The notes under the pieces were generated by a model that did not search any database, was not told the origin of the DNA, and saw only the letters and a list, made by a program, of their open reading frames with translations. Made by a program: the position numbers and the translations under genes. From Oligoflexia bacterium (GTDB lineage Bacteria; Bdellovibrionota; UBA1018), in contig JAMPXJ010000021.1 of assembly GCA_023701205.1 (NCBI GenBank), forward strand, positions 10,054-74,053: a DNA stretch of 64,000 nt, read 5' to 3'. Shown here in pieces: positions 17,902 to 26,649 of the stretch (position 1 is the stretch's first letter; each line of letters opens with the position of its first letter).

Positions 17902-20900
17902 ATGATCTCGACCATCGTCGGTGCCTCGATCAAGAACCGCTGGCTCGTCATCCTGCTGGCCGCGATGACAGGCTTCGCGGGCTGGCAGGCGTTCCGGGGA
18001 CTCCCGGTGGATGCCGTCCCGGATGTCACGAGCGTTCTCGTACAGGTGACCACGCAGGTCCCGGCACTGGGTCCTGAGGAGATCGAGCGGACGGTCACGG
18101 TGCCGATCGAGTCAGGTCTCAACGGTGTTCCGGGCGTGGTCCAGGTGCGTTCGATGACGCGCTACGGGCTTTCGGTGGTCTCGGTGGTCTTTGAAGACGG
18201 AACCGAGATTTACCGGGCAAGGCAGCTCGTGTCCGAGCGCCTGCAGGCAATCCGCCCGCAGCTCCCGGCGGAGGTCGAGCCCGCGCTGGCTCCGGTCTCG
18301 AGCGGGCTCGGGGAGATTTTCCATTACATCATCGAGGCGGATCAGGTCGCCCAGGGCGAGGCTCGGCTCGAGCAGCTCAGGGAGCTTCGCGGCCTTCAGG
18401 AGGGTTACGTCAAGCCCCGCCTGCTCGGCGTCAAAGGCGTGGCCGAAGTCAACAGCATCGGCGGCTACGAGCGCCAGTATCACGTGCAGCCCGATCCCGC
18501 GAAGATGGCCCGACATGGCATCCACTTCAGCGATTTCGAGGAGGCCATCGCAAAGGTGAACCGCAACGTCGGCGGCGGCGCGATCGAGCAATCCGGCGAC
18601 CAGTTCATCGTGCAGGGAAGCGGGCTATTCAAGTCGCTTGACGATATCCGGGACGTCCCGGTCAAGACTTTGGAGAACCTCAGAACCGTGCTGATCGGCG
18701 ATGTGGCCACGGTTGGGCCGGGACGGGAGCTGCGGACGGGAGCTGCGCTTCACAATGGGCAGGAAGTCGTCCTGGGCACGGCGATGATGCTGCTCGGGGA
18801 GAACAGCCGAACCGTCGCGTTTCGCGTGGGAGAGCGGATTCGCGAGCTCGAGCCGGGGCTTCCCAAAGGGTTCCACATCAAGACGGTCTATGACCGCGGC
18901 GAGCTGGTGGACTCCACGCTCGAGACGGTGCTGCACAACCTGACCCTGGGCGCGATCCTCGTCATCGGGGTGCTGCTGCTGCTCGTGGGGAATCTCCGCG
19001 CCGCACTGATCACGGCCATCGTGATCCCGCTTTCGCTCCTGATCACCTTCATCGCGATGCGGGCGTTCGGGATCTCCGGGAATCTGGTGAGCCTGGGCGC
19101 GCTGGATTTCGGGATCATCGTCGACGGGGCGGTGATCGTGCTCGATAACTGCGTCCGGCACCTTCACGCTCGCGCCAAGGGGCTCGGGCGGAGCCTGACT
19201 GACGGAGAGCTCCAGGCCACGATCCGGGAGGCCACCCTCGAGATCCGCAAATCCGCCGGCTTCGGGGAGCTGATCATCGTCGTCGTCTTCCTGCCGATCT
19301 TCGCTTTCGTCGGGGTCGAGGGCAGGATGTTCGCGCCCATGGCCGCGACCTTCATCTTCGCCATACTGGCGGCGCTGGTCCTCTCGTTCACCTTCGTGCC
19401 GGCGCTGGCGAGCCTGCTTCTCCAGGGGAGGGTCGCCGACGAGGAGCCCTGGCTGATGAGGCGGCTCAGCCGGCTCTACGAGCCGTTGCTTGGTCGGAGC
19501 CTGGGCCTGCGCAAAGCCGTGCTGAGCCTGGCGGTCGCGGCGGTTCTCGCTGGGGCGCTGCTTTTCACGAGGCTTGGCGGGGAGTTCCTGCCGCAGCTCA
19601 ACGAGGGCTCGATCGCGCTCCAGTTCATCCGGCCGGTCTCGGTGGGGCTCTCCCATTCGGTGGGGCTCGAGCAGAAGTCCCAGGTCCTGCTCTCGAGAGC
19701 GCCCGAGGTGAGCCATGTTTTCGGGCGGATCGGAACCTCCGAGGTCGCGACTGACCCCATGGGGGTCAATATCTCGGACACGTACGTCATGCTCAAGCCG
19801 CGCGAGCAGTGGCCGGAGGTCAACGGCAGGCGCCGGACCAAGGAGGAGCTCGTGCGGTTCCTGCTCGCGGAGCTCGATTCGGAGCTCGCCGGTCAAAGGG
19901 TGCTCGCAAGCCAGCCGATCCAGCTGCGCTTCAACGAGCTCCTCGAAGGAACGCGGGCGGACATCTCGCTGAAGATCTTCGGGGACGATCAGAAAACCAT
20001 CACCGAGCTCGCGCAGAAGGCCGCGACGATTCTGGAAAAAATCACGGGCGCGGGCGATGTGGAACTCGAGGCCAAAGGCGTGATGTCCGTCCTCGAGGTG
20101 ACGCCTCGCAAGGAGCTCCTCAAACGGCTCGGCGTTTCAAGCCAGGAGGTGCTCGAGACGGTGGAAACGGCGGTGGGCGGCCGGGAGGTCGGCACGTTCT
20201 ACGAGGGCACGCGCCGTTACCCGATCGTGGTGCGGCTCGGGGAAAAGGAGCGCTCGGATATCGAAACGCTCAAGGAGCTGCCCGTCGGGATCGCCGGGGC
20301 GGCGACGCTGCCGCTCAAGCAGGTGGCGGAGATCCGTTTCAAGGAAACCTTCAGTGCCTCGAGTCGCGAGCAGACCAAGAAGCGCATCGCTGTGCTGGTG
20401 AACCCGCGGGGAAGGGATACCGAGGGCTTCGTGAAAGAGGCTCAGGCGAAGGTCGCCGCGGGGCTTGAGCTCCCGCCGGGTGCCTACCTGGAATGGGGAG
20501 GGAATTTCAGGAATCTGAAGGAGGCGCGAAGCCGCCTGGCGCTACTGGCGCCCGTGGCGCTCGTGCTGATCCTGCTGATGATCTTCGCCGCGTTCCGGAA
20601 CTGGATCGAAACGGGGCTGATCTTCTTGTGCGTGCCTTTCGCCCTGGTCGGAGGCGTGCTCGCGCTGCTCGCGGGCGGTCTGCCCTTCAGCATCTCGGCG
20701 GGCGTCGGCTTCGTGGCGCTTTCGGGCATCGCCGTCTTGAACGGGGTGGTGCTCGTGAACTACTTCAACGTGCTGCGATCGGCGGGGCGCTCGGGGAGGG
20801 AGCTCGTGCTGCAGGGTTCGCTGCTGAGGCTGCGGCCCGTGCTCATGACGGCACTGGTGGATGTCTTCGGCTTTGTCCCGATGGCGTTGTCGACCGGCGT

Positions 20901-21036
20901 GGGCGCGGAAGTCCAGCGGCCGCTGGCGCTGGTGGTGATCGGCGGCATCCTGTCATCCACGGTATTGACGCTGGTGATCCTGCCGGTGCTCTATCATACT
21001 TTCGAGCGGGCGATTGTCCGGGACAAGACGGTGTAG
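17902..21036 (+). CDS. czcA: CzcA/CusA heavy-metal RND efflux pump
   Basis: LPVDAVPDVT, GLGEIF, SLGALDFGIIVDGAV, RLRPVLMTA, GAEVQRPLA; 1044 aa. Confidence 0.95.
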   Translation: MISTIVGASIKNRWLVILLAAMTGFAGWQAFRGLPVDAVPDVTSVLVQVTTQVPALGPEEIERTVTVPIESGLNGVPGVVQVRSMTRYGLSVVSVVFEDGTEIYRARQLVSERLQAIRPQLPAEVEPALAPVSSGLGEIFHYIIEADQVAQGEARLEQLRELRGLQEGYVKPRLLGVKGVAEVNSIGGYERQYHVQPDPAKMARHGIHFSDFEEAIAKVNRNVGGGAIEQSGDQFIVQGSGLFKSLDDIRDVPVKTLENLRTVLIGDVATVGPGRELRTGAALHNGQEVVLGTAMMLLGENSRTVAFRVGERIRELEPGLPKGFHIKTVYDRGELVDSTLETVLHNLTLGAILVIGVLLLLVGNLRAALITAIVIPLSLLITFIAMRAFGISGNLVSLGALDFGIIVDGAVIVLDNCVRHLHARAKGLGRSLTDGELQATIREATLEIRKSAGFGELIIVVVFLPIFAFVGVEGRMFAPMAATFIFAILAALVLSFTFVPALASLLLQGRVADEEPWLMRRLSRLYEPLLGRSLGLRKAVLSLAVAAVLAGALLFTRLGGEFLPQLNEGSIALQFIRPVSVGLSHSVGLEQKSQVLLSRAPEVSHVFGRIGTSEVATDPMGVNISDTYVMLKPREQWPEVNGRRRTKEELVRFLLAELDSELAGQRVLASQPIQLRFNELLEGTRADISLKIFGDDQKTITELAQKAATILEKITGAGDVELEAKGVMSVLEVTPRKELLKRLGVSSQEVLETVETAVGGREVGTFYEGTRRYPIVVRLGEKERSDIETLKELPVGIAGAATLPLKQVAEIRFKETFSASSREQTKKRIAVLVNPRGRDTEGFVKEAQAKVAAGLELPPGAYLEWGGNFRNLKEARSRLALLAPVALVLILLMIFAAFRNWIETGLIFLCVPFALVGGVLALLAGGLPFSISAGVGFVALSGIAVLNGVVLVNYFNVLRSAGRSGRELVLQGSLLRLRPVLMTALVDVFGFVPMALSTGVGAEVQRPLALVVIGGILSSTVLTLVILPVLYHTFERAIVRDKTV

Positions 21037-21069
21037 GTGGCAGCGGTTCAATTGGAGAGGAGAAATGGG

Positions 21070-21297
21070 ATGAAGAGAATGACGAGTTCGGCTTTGGCGG
21101 TTTTTTGGTTGAGCTTCTCGGCGCTGGCCGAAACGGAGGTCGCGAAGGAGGCTGAGAAAGCTTCGCAGCCGCAGGCTTCGCAAGCCGAGAAAGCGACGAA
21201 GCGGAAAAAGCGCGTCCTGATCTGCAAGGATTGCGGCAAGCCCGAGACGCAGTGCGAGTGCAAAGGCGAGGAGCATCGCAAGGGAGACCCGCACTGA
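21070..21297 (+). CDS. Small secreted protein with a Cys/His metal-binding tail
   Basis: Signal peptide (ALA); CKDC..CEC..H..H; SD ggagagg. Confidence 0.65.
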   Translation: MKRMTSSALAVFWLSFSALAETEVAKEAEKASQPQASQAEKATKRKKRVLICKDCGKPETQCECKGEEHRKGDPH

Positions 21298-21298
21298 T

Positions 21299-21949
21299 AT
21301 GAAGGGCCCGAGTGACTGGACCAGGAGAGTCATCCGGCTTTCCTGGTTCACGATTTTTTATAACCTCCTCGAAGGCCTGGTTTCGATCGGCTTCGGAGTC
21401 GAGGACGAATCCATCGCCTTGGCGGGCTTCGGGGGCGATAGCCTGATCGAGGTCGCCTCGGCGTTTTTCGTGCTTTGGAGGTTTCGGGGAGAGGCGGGGC
21501 TGGGGCACGGGCTCTCCCTGAGCCGGGAACGGAGCGCGACGCGCGGAATCGGAGGGTTGTTCCTGGTACTGGGTTTTCTGACCGCGGCGATCTCCCTGTC
21601 GAACCTGTACCGGGGCGTTCGTCCGGAGACCACCTTGCCCGGGATCGTCATCTCCTGCATCAGCCTGAGCTTCATGTTCGCGCTCTGGCGCGCGAAGAAG
21701 GCCGCGGCGCTGATGCTCGACAGCCGGACGGTGGCCCAGGACGCGGCCTGCTCGCTGGCGTGCATCCAGCTTTCGTTCGTACTCCTGGCGGGGAGTGCCG
21801 TTTACCAGTTCGCGCCGGGCCTGGGTTGGGTCGACGCGGTCGCGGCCTTGGTCATCTCCGGATTCATCCTTCGGGAGGGGGTCGAGGCGGTTCGCAGCGC
21901 GAATCGGCCCGAGTTCAACGGGGGCTGCTGCGGCTGCAGCTGCGAGTAG
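21299..21949 (+). CDS. Short CDF-type cation transporter (TM domain only)
   Basis: YNLLEG, SIALAGFGGDSLIE, WVDAVAALVI; C-terminal GGCCGCSCE. Confidence 0.85.
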   Translation: MKGPSDWTRRVIRLSWFTIFYNLLEGLVSIGFGVEDESIALAGFGGDSLIEVASAFFVLWRFRGEAGLGHGLSLSRERSATRGIGGLFLVLGFLTAAISLSNLYRGVRPETTLPGIVISCISLSFMFALWRAKKAAALMLDSRTVAQDAACSLACIQLSFVLLAGSAVYQFAPGLGWVDAVAALVISGFILREGVEAVRSANRPEFNGGCCGCSCE

Positions 21950-22132
21950 CGCCCCGCAAGCGCACGGAGTGCGCGGCCCGCGCGAAAGGTCTTGTCCCAT
22001 TTTGTCCCGCCCTTTCGGCACCAGGGTCGGAAGGCACCCGAATCCGCGCAGAAGATCCTTTCTCGGTTTGAAAAAATAGCGGAAAAAGCGGGATTTTCTT
22101 CCCGGTTGGGGGCGCGCATCCGTGCGGGCCGC

Positions 22133-22149
22133 CCGGTGCGTTTCTTGCT
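22133..22149 (+). promoter_or_regulatory. Putative sigma54 promoter of the cytochrome c gene
   Basis: CCGGTGCGTTTCTTGCT: GG at 22135-36, N10, GC at 22147-48. Confidence 0.6.
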
Positions 22150-22201
22150 CAACACGGAAGCGCTTTGAAACACCGAAACGTTCCAACCGGAGGGTAGAGT
22201 C

Positions 22202-22771
22202 ATGTCTCGCACCGCTTTCAAGAAATTCCTGATGCTCGGATCCGTTGCCGCGGCTTTCGCTTCTGTCAACGCTTTCGCCTTGCCAGTCATGCAGAGCGCG
22301 TTCCTCGAGAAGTACCCGGCGACGGTCAACACGGCGCTCGCCTCGTGCGCGACCTGCCACCTGCCCATCAAGGAGGGCTTCGTGAACTCCTACGGGCTGG
22401 CGCTCAAGAACGCGAAATTGGATTTCGCGGCGATCGAAGGGCTTCCGTCGGCGGTCGCAGGCAAGACCAATCTGGAGCAGATCACGGCGCTCCTGAATCC
22501 CGGCTCGCAGGCGGTGGATCCCGAGGTGTTCGACTTCCCCAACGAGATGGGAACCGTGCGCTTCAATCACGGCGGTCACATCATGAACGCGAACACCAAG
22601 ATCACCGGGAACTGCGGCGCCTGCCACGGTGAAGGCGAGAAGCAGTTCCCCAAGGTCTTCGATCCGACGGTCGTGCTGAAGGCGGCGGCGCACACCACCT
22701 GCATCGGCTGTCATAAGGCGGTCGCGGTGCCGGCGGCGCCGACGAAGTGCGCCGGCTGCCATCAGGAGTAA
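22202..22771 (+). CDS. Periplasmic tetraheme cytochrome c (monoheme domain plus c7/c3-type triheme domain)
   Basis: Signal peptide; CATCH, CGACH, CIGCH, CAGCH; GTVRFNHGGH and PTKCAGCH typical of cytochrome c7/c3. Confidence 0.88.
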   Translation: MSRTAFKKFLMLGSVAAAFASVNAFALPVMQSAFLEKYPATVNTALASCATCHLPIKEGFVNSYGLALKNAKLDFAAIEGLPSAVAGKTNLEQITALLNPGSQAVDPEVFDFPNEMGTVRFNHGGHIMNANTKITGNCGACHGEGEKQFPKVFDPTVVLKAAAHTTCIGCHKAVAVPAAPTKCAGCHQE

Positions 22772-22785
22772 CGGAGCTGGTCCGG

Positions 22786-23865
22786 TCAGGCGGTCCGGGC
22801 CGGGCGGACGCTTGGAGCTGGGAGCTGCGGGCAGAGCACGAGCTTTCCGTCGAGGCCGCCTTGCTCCAGCCTGCGGTGGGCTTCGACGACTTCCTCGAAG
22901 GAGACCCGCCCGGCGATGCGGGGGTGAATGGAACGGGATTTCAGCAGCGCGAAGAGCCGTTCCAAGTCCTCCTGAAACCAGGCTGGATGGCGTGCCCGCA
23001 TTACGTTGATCGAGTAGATCCGGAGCCGCTTGCCTTGCGGCAGCCAACTTCCGAGCCATCGCCTCAGGGTGATGCGGGAGAGCCGGGCCATAAGGGCGAC
23101 AAGGCGCTCGTTTGCCTGGACGCTCGCGGTATATCCATACGCGCAAAGGAGCCCGCCGGGGCGGAGCGCGGCGAAGGAGCGCCGATATCCGTCCTCACCG
23201 ATGCCATCGAAGATCACGTCAAAACCTCCGGGCAGGACGCGCGTAAAGTCCTCGCGTCGGTAGTCGATCGGGGTCGCGCCGAGCGCGCGAAGGAGCGCCG
23301 CCTGCTCGCCGCGAGCGGTGCCCCAAAGCTCAAGGCCGGCCATCCTGCCCAGGGTGAGCAGCGCCTGACCCACGGCCCCCGCGGCGCCTTGTACGAGCAC
23401 GCGCTGGTCGCGTCGCACGCGGGCAGCGCGATGGAGGAGCTGGTAGGCCGTCGTCCAGCTCAGGATGAGCGCGGCCGCCTCGGCGGGGTCGGCCTCAGGT
23501 GGAACACGGACCAGGCGGTTGGCGCGAAGCGTGACATAGGCGGCGTTCGATCCGGTGACCGTCATATCCGCCACCCGATCGCCGACGCGAAAATCCGTTA
23601 CGCTCTCGCCGAGTTGATCGATCTCGCCCACGAGGTCATAGCCCAGGACAAACGGCGGGCGTCGCGCCGCGGTCTGCGGGTAGAGATGGCGGCGGATCAC
23701 GACGTCGGTGTATTCGAGGCTCGAGGCGAGGACGCGTAACCGTACTTCGCCTCTGCCGGCCTGGGGTAGCGGCGTGTCGCTGATCTTGAGTCCATCGGGG
23801 CCTCCGAAACGGCTGATTTCCACGACGCGGTTACGCGATTCCTTCATGTCAGGCATGTCAGGCAT
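22786..23865 (-). CDS. MDR-family (zinc-free, quinone-reductase-like) oxidoreductase
   Basis: FGGPDGL, PFVLGYDLVG, VLVQGAAGAVG, GKLVL. Confidence 0.9.
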   Translation of the reverse strand: MPDMPDMKESRNRVVEISRFGGPDGLKISDTPLPQAGRGEVRLRVLASSLEYTDVVIRRHLYPQTAARRPPFVLGYDLVGEIDQLGESVTDFRVGDRVADMTVTGSNAAYVTLRANRLVRVPPEADPAEAAALILSWTTAYQLLHRAARVRRDQRVLVQGAAGAVGQALLTLGRMAGLELWGTARGEQAALLRALGATPIDYRREDFTRVLPGGFDVIFDGIGEDGYRRSFAALRPGGLLCAYGYTASVQANERLVALMARLSRITLRRWLGSWLPQGKRLRIYSINVMRARHPAWFQEDLERLFALLKSRSIHPRIAGRVSFEEVVEAHRRLEQGGLDGKLVLCPQLPAPSVRPARTA

Positions 23866-23871
23866 GTCAGG
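23845..23871 (-). repeat. 3x 9-bp tandem repeat (CCTGACATG) at the MDR gene start
   Basis: catgtcagg three times, exact. Confidence 0.9.
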
Positions 23872-23892
23872 GACGAGTTTGCAAAGGGGGAG

Positions 23893-23930
23893 CCGGAGGG
23901 AGCGCGGTATGACCGGCGCGCCCCCTCCGG
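23893..23930 (-). terminator. 14-bp GC-rich hairpin between yceI and the MDR gene
   Basis: Minus strand CCGGAGGGGGCGCG-N10-CGCGCTCCCTCCGG (one G-U pair), weak U-tract. Confidence 0.55.
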
Positions 23931-23944
23931 AAGGCAGGAGTGGC

Positions 23945-24487
23945 TCAGGCTTTTTTCACGAATTGAAGATCCAAGGTGATCGCCACGTCGTCTCCGACGA
24001 GCACTCCGCCGGCTTCGAGCGCCGCGTTCCACGTCAGCCCGAAGTCCTTTCTCTTGATTTTCGTCGTCGCCGATGCGCCGAGCTTGAGGTTGCCCCAGGG
24101 GTCCTTGAGCGCCGGGCCGATCGGCTCCACGTCCAGGCTCACTTCTTTCGTCACGCCGTGGATCGTGAGTTCGCCCACGAGCAGGAAGCCTTCGGAAGCC
24201 GAGCCGGTCACCTTCTTGGACTTGAAGGTGAGATGGGGATACTTCTCGACGTCAAAAAAGTCGGCGCTCTTGAGGTGGGCGTCGCGTTGCGGCTCGCGCG
24301 TGTCGATGCTCGCGGCATCGATCACGGCTTCGATGACGGCGCTGCCGGGATTCCTCTCGTCGTAGACGAGGCTGCCTGAGAGCTTCTGGAAGCCGCCGTG
24401 GACCTTCGCGATCATCATGTGTTTGACGCTGAAGTTGGCGCTGGAGTGGGCGGGGTCGATTTGCCAGTTGGCGGTTGAGGTGGTCAT
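23945..24487 (-). CDS. yceI: YceI-family polyisoprenoid-binding protein
   Basis: WQIDPAHS, FSVKHMMI, RDAHLKSADFFD, GELTIHGVTK, RKDFGLTWN. Confidence 0.95.
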   Translation of the reverse strand: MTTSTANWQIDPAHSSANFSVKHMMIAKVHGGFQKLSGSLVYDERNPGSAVIEAVIDAASIDTREPQRDAHLKSADFFDVEKYPHLTFKSKKVTGSASEGFLLVGELTIHGVTKEVSLDVEPIGPALKDPWGNLKLGASATTKIKRKDFGLTWNAALEAGGVLVGDDVAITLDLQFVKKA

Positions 24488-24574
24488 TTTCGGTTCTCCT
24501 TGAGGTTGTGTGTTCTTCTTGAACTCAAGTTAACCGAATTTCGCATAGTCTATTAGACGGTAAAAATGGAAATC

Positions 24575-24597
24575 ATTGTCCATTAGATAGGAACAAT
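24575..24597. promoter_or_regulatory. Putative LysR binding site upstream of yceI
   Basis: ATTGTCCATTAGATAGGAACAAT; near-copy of 3755-3777 at almost the same distance from the start codon. Confidence 0.65.
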
Positions 24598-24653
24598 GCG
24601 TGAGCTGCTGATTTGAAGGCGTTTCGCGCGTTTCAGGCGCGCTCCGGCCGCGT

Positions 24654-24998
24654 TCAGGGACAGGCGCGGGAGCGTCTCAGCTGCTCGAGGATGTTTTCGA
24701 GCATCGCCAGCTCCTTGGTGCAGTCCCAGCGAGTGACCCAGCCCGTGTCGGTGCGGACCTGGCGCGAGCTGCAGGAACGAACGACGATCTCCTGCTCGCG
24801 CCCGAAAGCGGGGTTGATGGCGTAGGGCACAGCCAGGATGGAAACGCGGTTATAGGATTCGAGGACCGAGCAGGCCATGTAGTCGGTATCCTTCTCGACG
24901 GCTCCGGCGGAAGGGATTCCGAGCGCCAGGCTGAGCAGGGCTCCGGTGAAAAGATTCGTGAGCGGATGTTGCTTGGGGTCGTTCCTGAGTTTTTCCAT
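24654..24998 (-). CDS. Hypothetical secreted protein (4 Cys)
   Basis: ATG 24998 with SD gagg; hydrophobic signal ending AGA. Confidence 0.6.
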   Translation of the reverse strand: MEKLRNDPKQHPLTNLFTGALLSLALGIPSAGAVEKDTDYMACSVLESYNRVSILAVPYAINPAFGREQEIVVRSCSSRQVRTDTGWVTRWDCTKELAMLENILEQLRRSRACP

Positions 24999-25104
24999 GA
25001 CTTCCTCGTTTCGCTTCCGTCGTGTATGCCTTGCTCTCGTCGCTGTCAAATCGCGATTGCCGTGACCGGGGGGCTCTGGTACTCCGTGTTCCCCGGGGGA
25101 TTTC

Positions 25105-25605
25105 ATGAAGATCCGCTTGATCACTGTTTTTTCCGTCGTAGCACTGGTTTTGAGCTTCCCAGCGGAGCTGTTCGGAGGCTCGCCCGAGCAGGATGCCGCC
25201 ACGCGGCATCTCCGGGAAAGCTTCAGCTCGGCCAGAAACCCGGGTTTCGAGTCCTTTCCCCTCGGGGAAGCCTTGCGCTGCTTTTCCCGCTCCGCCGTGC
25301 TGGATGACTTTCGCATCACCTACGGTGAGATCTATCCGCTCGAGGTCCTGGGAGGCGTGCTGCGGGTACGGTATTTCATGGCGACCAACAACGATAACGA
25401 GCAGGACGGGATCATTGTTCCGACGCAGATTGGGATGACTCTCGATACCCAATACGTCGAACTGGTGCTTCGGGTCCTGCCCTCGGGCGAGCTCGTCGCG
25501 GAGACCACCGTCCCCACCTCCTACGGTATCGAAAAGGCCGGTCGCGCGGTCAGCAATCCGGGACGGCTGGCACTTTATTACAGCGTCTGCAAGCTCAAGG
25601 AGTAA
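25105..25605 (+). CDS. Hypothetical secreted protein
   Basis: MKIRLITVFSVVALVL signal; genome-like codon usage. Confidence 0.65.
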   Translation: MKIRLITVFSVVALVLSFPAELFGGSPEQDAATRHLRESFSSARNPGFESFPLGEALRCFSRSAVLDDFRITYGEIYPLEVLGGVLRVRYFMATNNDNEQDGIIVPTQIGMTLDTQYVELVLRVLPSGELVAETTVPTSYGIEKAGRAVSNPGRLALYYSVCKLKE

Positions 25606-26086
25606 AGCTGGGGGTATAAGGCGAGGGCTCCGGCCCCACGCAGGTCACGGTCGTCTGCGTGATCGGCTCGGTGAGCGTGAAATTCAGCGACGGACTCAGA
25701 CGCTCCTTGGCGAAGGCGAGGTACTGGCCGTAGTCGTTCTCGAGCTGCGGCAGCGCTCCCATCATCTCCAGGTAGCCGATCGCGAGATAAAAAGTGTCGC
25801 CGTTGCGCCAGGGCTGGCAGCCTTCGTCGAGATCCGGATGAAGCGAGGCGAAGACGTAGACCGTCTCGTCAGGAAGCCCTGGGTAGCTCCGTGCGTTACA
25901 CATCTGAAAATCGCCAAAGGGCCCCACGGGATACCCGACCGCCAGGCTTCCCAGGGTGCTGCCGGGGCCAAAGATGGTGCACTGGATGGTGTAATCGATG
26001 AGGTCAGGAGCCGCGTGCGCCGGGGTGTCGCCCAGAGACGGAAGCAGGAGGAAGGCGGCGAGGAAAACGTCTTTAGTACGCCTCAT
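25595..26086 (-). CDS. Hypothetical secreted protein
   Basis: Signal peptide ending AHA; 4 Cys. Confidence 0.6.
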   Translation of the reverse strand: MRRTKDVFLAAFLLLPSLGDTPAHAAPDLIDYTIQCTIFGPGSTLGSLAVGYPVGPFGDFQMCNARSYPGLPDETVYVFASLHPDLDEGCQPWRNGDTFYLAIGYLEMMGALPQLENDYGQYLAFAKERLSPSLNFTLTEPITQTTVTCVGPEPSPYTPSFTP

Positions 26087-26174
26087 TTTCGAGCGGTAAC
26101 ATCCCGGATGGCGGAAATCCAGTGTGCTTTCGGGAAAGAATGAGTTAGCTTCCGGTGAAAATCACGGGGGTTTC

Positions 26175-26642
26175 ATGATCGCATTCATCGCACTGGTCTT
26201 GTTTGCACAGAACGCCGCGCACGCCGACTCGTTTTATGAAGAGCGAAACGGCAAGCGCTACTACTGCAAGCAGGTCGGCTCGGCGCCGGCGCTGCCCTCG
26301 TGCACGGCCGAGTGCCAGCACTTCGATACCTTCAATAACGTCTGCGATTATCAGAGCACCTGCGAATACAACGGGGATTGCGTGCGCGCGAAGGTCTGCG
26401 ACGTGTTCGATACCTCTGATCGCATCTGCCGCACGGAGAAGAGCACGCTTACCTGCGCCTCCGATCGCGGCTCGATCAGCTGCGTCGCGCAGTGCCAACG
26501 CTACGATTCCTACAGCCAGACCTGCCTTTACCAGAGCTCCTGCACGGAGAACGGCAACTGCATCGTCTCGAAGACCTGCGATCGCTGGGACTCCTTCAAC
26601 AACATCTGCCTGTCCGAGAAAAGCGTCACGACCTGCCGCTGA
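26175..26642 (+). CDS. Secreted Cys-rich protein with two 8-Cys repeats
   Basis: Signal ending AHA; SCxAxCQxxDxxxxxCxYQSxCxxNGxC...EKSxxTC occurs twice. Confidence 0.8.
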   Translation: MIAFIALVLFAQNAAHADSFYEERNGKRYYCKQVGSAPALPSCTAECQHFDTFNNVCDYQSTCEYNGDCVRAKVCDVFDTSDRICRTEKSTLTCASDRGSISCVAQCQRYDSYSQTCLYQSSCTENGNCIVSKTCDRWDSFNNICLSEKSVTTCR

Positions 26643-26649
26643 GCGCGGT

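Noticed and set aside
20843-23146. 767-aa minus-strand ORF
   Set aside because: Arg/Pro/Ala-rich shadow across several well-supported genes, with no motifs
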